Source of the DNA: Lysobacter sp.
GTDB lineage: Bacteria; Pseudomonadota; Gammaproteobacteria; Xanthomonadales; Xanthomonadaceae
Direction of reading: 5' to 3'
Length of the DNA stretch: 64,000 nt
Assembly (NCBI GenBank): GCA_036676625.1
Contig: JAKFCN010000045.1
Location: 137 to 64,136 of the forward strand
A program made the position numbers and the translations under genes. Positions 62,550-64,000 of the stretch are shown piece by piece (the stretch's first letter is position 1; every line of letters starts with the position of its first letter). The notes under the pieces were generated by a model. It saw nothing but the letters and a program-made list of their open reading frames with translations, was not told where the DNA came from and did no database searches.

Positions 62550-62642
62550 TGATCCGGTATATGGACGTGGTCGCAACTGTTCATTTCCACCGACTGCCCG
62601 GCGAGGCTATTGTGAAGCCTCCCCCGACTGGAGCGCACGCAA

Positions 62643-63152
62643 ATGGCCAAGACCAAGTCCAATCCCCCCTCCGCGCCGGCCATCGACATCGGGCTGTCCG
62701 CAGCGGAGCGCCGGAAGATCGCCGACGGCCTCTCGCACTACCTCGCCGACGCCTACACGCTGTACCTGAAGACCCACAACTTCCACTGGAACGTCACCGG
62801 GCCGATGTTCAACACCCTGCACCTGATGTTCGAGACCCAGTACACCGAGCAATGGACGGCGCTGGACATGGTGGCCGAGCGCATCCGCGCGCTGGGCTAC
62901 AGCGCGCCGGGTTCCTATGCCGAGTTCGTGAAGCTGTCCTCGATCCGCGAGGAGCCGGGACTGGCCGACTCCACCGACTGGCGCGAAATGGTGCGCCAGC
63001 TCACCGTCGGCAACGAAGCAGTTTGCCGCACCGCACGCAAGGTATTGAAGACCGCCGACGGCGCCAGCGACGATCCCACCGTCGACCTGATGACCCAGCG
63101 CCTGCAGACGCACGAGAAGTACGCGTGGATGCTGCGCAGCCTGTTGCAGTAG
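62643..63152 (+). CDS. dps: Dps family DNA-protection/ferroxidase protein
   Basis: LYLKTHNFHWNVTG, LHLMFE..Y, D..AERIRALG and HEKYAWML motifs. Confidence 0.94.
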   Translation: MAKTKSNPPSAPAIDIGLSAAERRKIADGLSHYLADAYTLYLKTHNFHWNVTGPMFNTLHLMFETQYTEQWTALDMVAERIRALGYSAPGSYAEFVKLSSIREEPGLADSTDWREMVRQLTVGNEAVCRTARKVLKTADGASDDPTVDLMTQRLQTHEKYAWMLRSLLQ

Positions 63153-63170
63153 AGCCGGGCATCGGCTCTA
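63150..63170. terminator. Hairpin between convergent genes, containing both stop codons
   Basis: TAGAGCCG-GGCAT-CGGCTCTA perfect 8-bp stem. Confidence 0.5.
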
Positions 63171-64000
63171 TTTGACCCGTACCCGGTACCTGAGCGTGAA
63201 CTGGGCGTTGTTCGCATTGAACACGCCCTTGGGGTTGATCCGGATGCCGGTCACCGCACTGTCGACGCCGTCCGCATCCGGCGCCGGCACGTAGGTCCAG
63301 GTCGCACCCCCGTCGCTGGAGAATTCGAGATCGTCGGTCGTGCTGCCCAACGCGGTGAATGCATAGGTCATCCCGCTCGAAGGGGCTCCGTTCGTGAACG
63401 AGACCGGGCCGGAACCGGCGACACCGATATCCACCACCCGCAGCGCGACCTGCGGCGGCAGCGGGTCGCGGACGAAGACGCTGTCGTTGTCGACCGGGTT
63501 CGGCGCCGGGTTGGTGAGGACGATCTGGTATTCGACCACCGCGCCGGGAATCGCCTTCGGATTGCTGGTGCCGTTCACCGGGTCCGAGTACACCAGGCTG
63601 AGCTTGACCACGGTGAGAGGGACGGTTTTCTCGTTGGTCCAGGTGCAGGTCACCGAACTGTCGATGGGCATCGTAATGTTGCGCGACAGGCCGGAACCCG
63701 TGACCGTGACCACGCTGGCGTCGCTGTCCTTGCTGCAGGCGAGCCACGGTGTGTAGTCGCCAGGCAGCCCGACGGTATAGACCTCGGACAGGGTGATCGT
63801 CGCGGAGGCGACGCTGATCGCGGTGGCTGCGGTCGTGGTCGCGGGTGCGGTCGAACTACCGGCGACGGCGCCGGTACCACCGGTGATCGCGAGGTCGACC
63901 GCGTCGCCGGCATTGGCGCTGGACCATGTCTTGCCGAGGGTGATCCGTCCTCGCACGTCGATCGCGGCATTGCCGGAATGGGTGATCGTGCCCTCGCTGC
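63168..64000 (-). CDS. Partial (5' end outside window) Thr/Ser/Gly-rich beta-sandwich surface protein with DUF11-like domain
   Basis: Frame open to the window edge; LTVVKLS..SDPVNGTSNPKAIPGAVVEY motif; C...VTCTWTN Ig-like module. Confidence 0.75.
   Translation of the reverse strand, partial: SEGTITHSGNAAIDVRGRITLGKTWSSANAGDAVDLAITGGTGAVAGSSTAPATTTAATAISVASATITLSEVYTVGLPGDYTPWLACSKDSDASVVTVTGSGLSRNITMPIDSSVTCTWTNEKTVPLTVVKLSLVYSDPVNGTSNPKAIPGAVVEYQIVLTNPAPNPVDNDSVFVRDPLPPQVALRVVDIGVAGSGPVSFTNGAPSSGMTYAFTALGSTTDDLEFSSDGGATWTYVPAPDADGVDSAVTGIRINPKGVFNANNAQFTLRYRVRVK

Noticed and set aside
62550-62642. OxyR box upstream of dps
   Set aside because: No convincing ATAG-N7-CTAT spacing seen, unlike the ahpC site

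Overview
High-GC (about 70% by eye) chromosomal backbone that looks like a Xanthomonadaceae/Lysobacteraceae member, inferred from gene order and GTAG-type REP-like motifs. About 58 tightly packed CDSs, in order: a small 4-TM membrane gene divergent from ahpC-ahpF-oxyR with a clear OxyR box between them; rnk, glnS, a deaminase, rlmM; a secreted EF-hand protein; ubiH and a second Ubi hydroxylase; a DUF6580-like membrane gene with a PduO-type adenosyltransferase; lptD-surA-pdxA-rsmA-apaG-apaH; a long minus-strand run (ColRS-like two-component system, MacAB-like ABC exporter, dgkA, TerC family, lemA, two TPM genes, lgt, thyA, folA); nudE-cysQ-mazG-DUF962; bioA-rsmE; the pilGHIJ-chpABC chemosensory cluster; gshB-tonB-tsaB; yoaA, an LpoP-like lipoprotein, mrcB; a GT2/GT4 glycosyltransferase; relA; hrpA; dps; and a DUF11-like surface protein cut by the window edge. 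I saw no tRNA, rRNA, CRISPR array, integrase, transposase or prophage. No large novel system is evident. The best leads are: (i) an internally duplicated two-His four-helix membrane protein sharing the OxyR site, possibly heme-binding; (ii) recurrent in-frame 15/18-bp tandem duplications in core genes; (iii) REP-like GTAG motifs that coincide with stop codons; (iv) a 124-bp convergent tsaB/yoaA overlap; (v) an N-terminally shortened HrpA; (vi) a candidate B12 uptake and adenosylation pair. All calls come from motif recognition without database searches.
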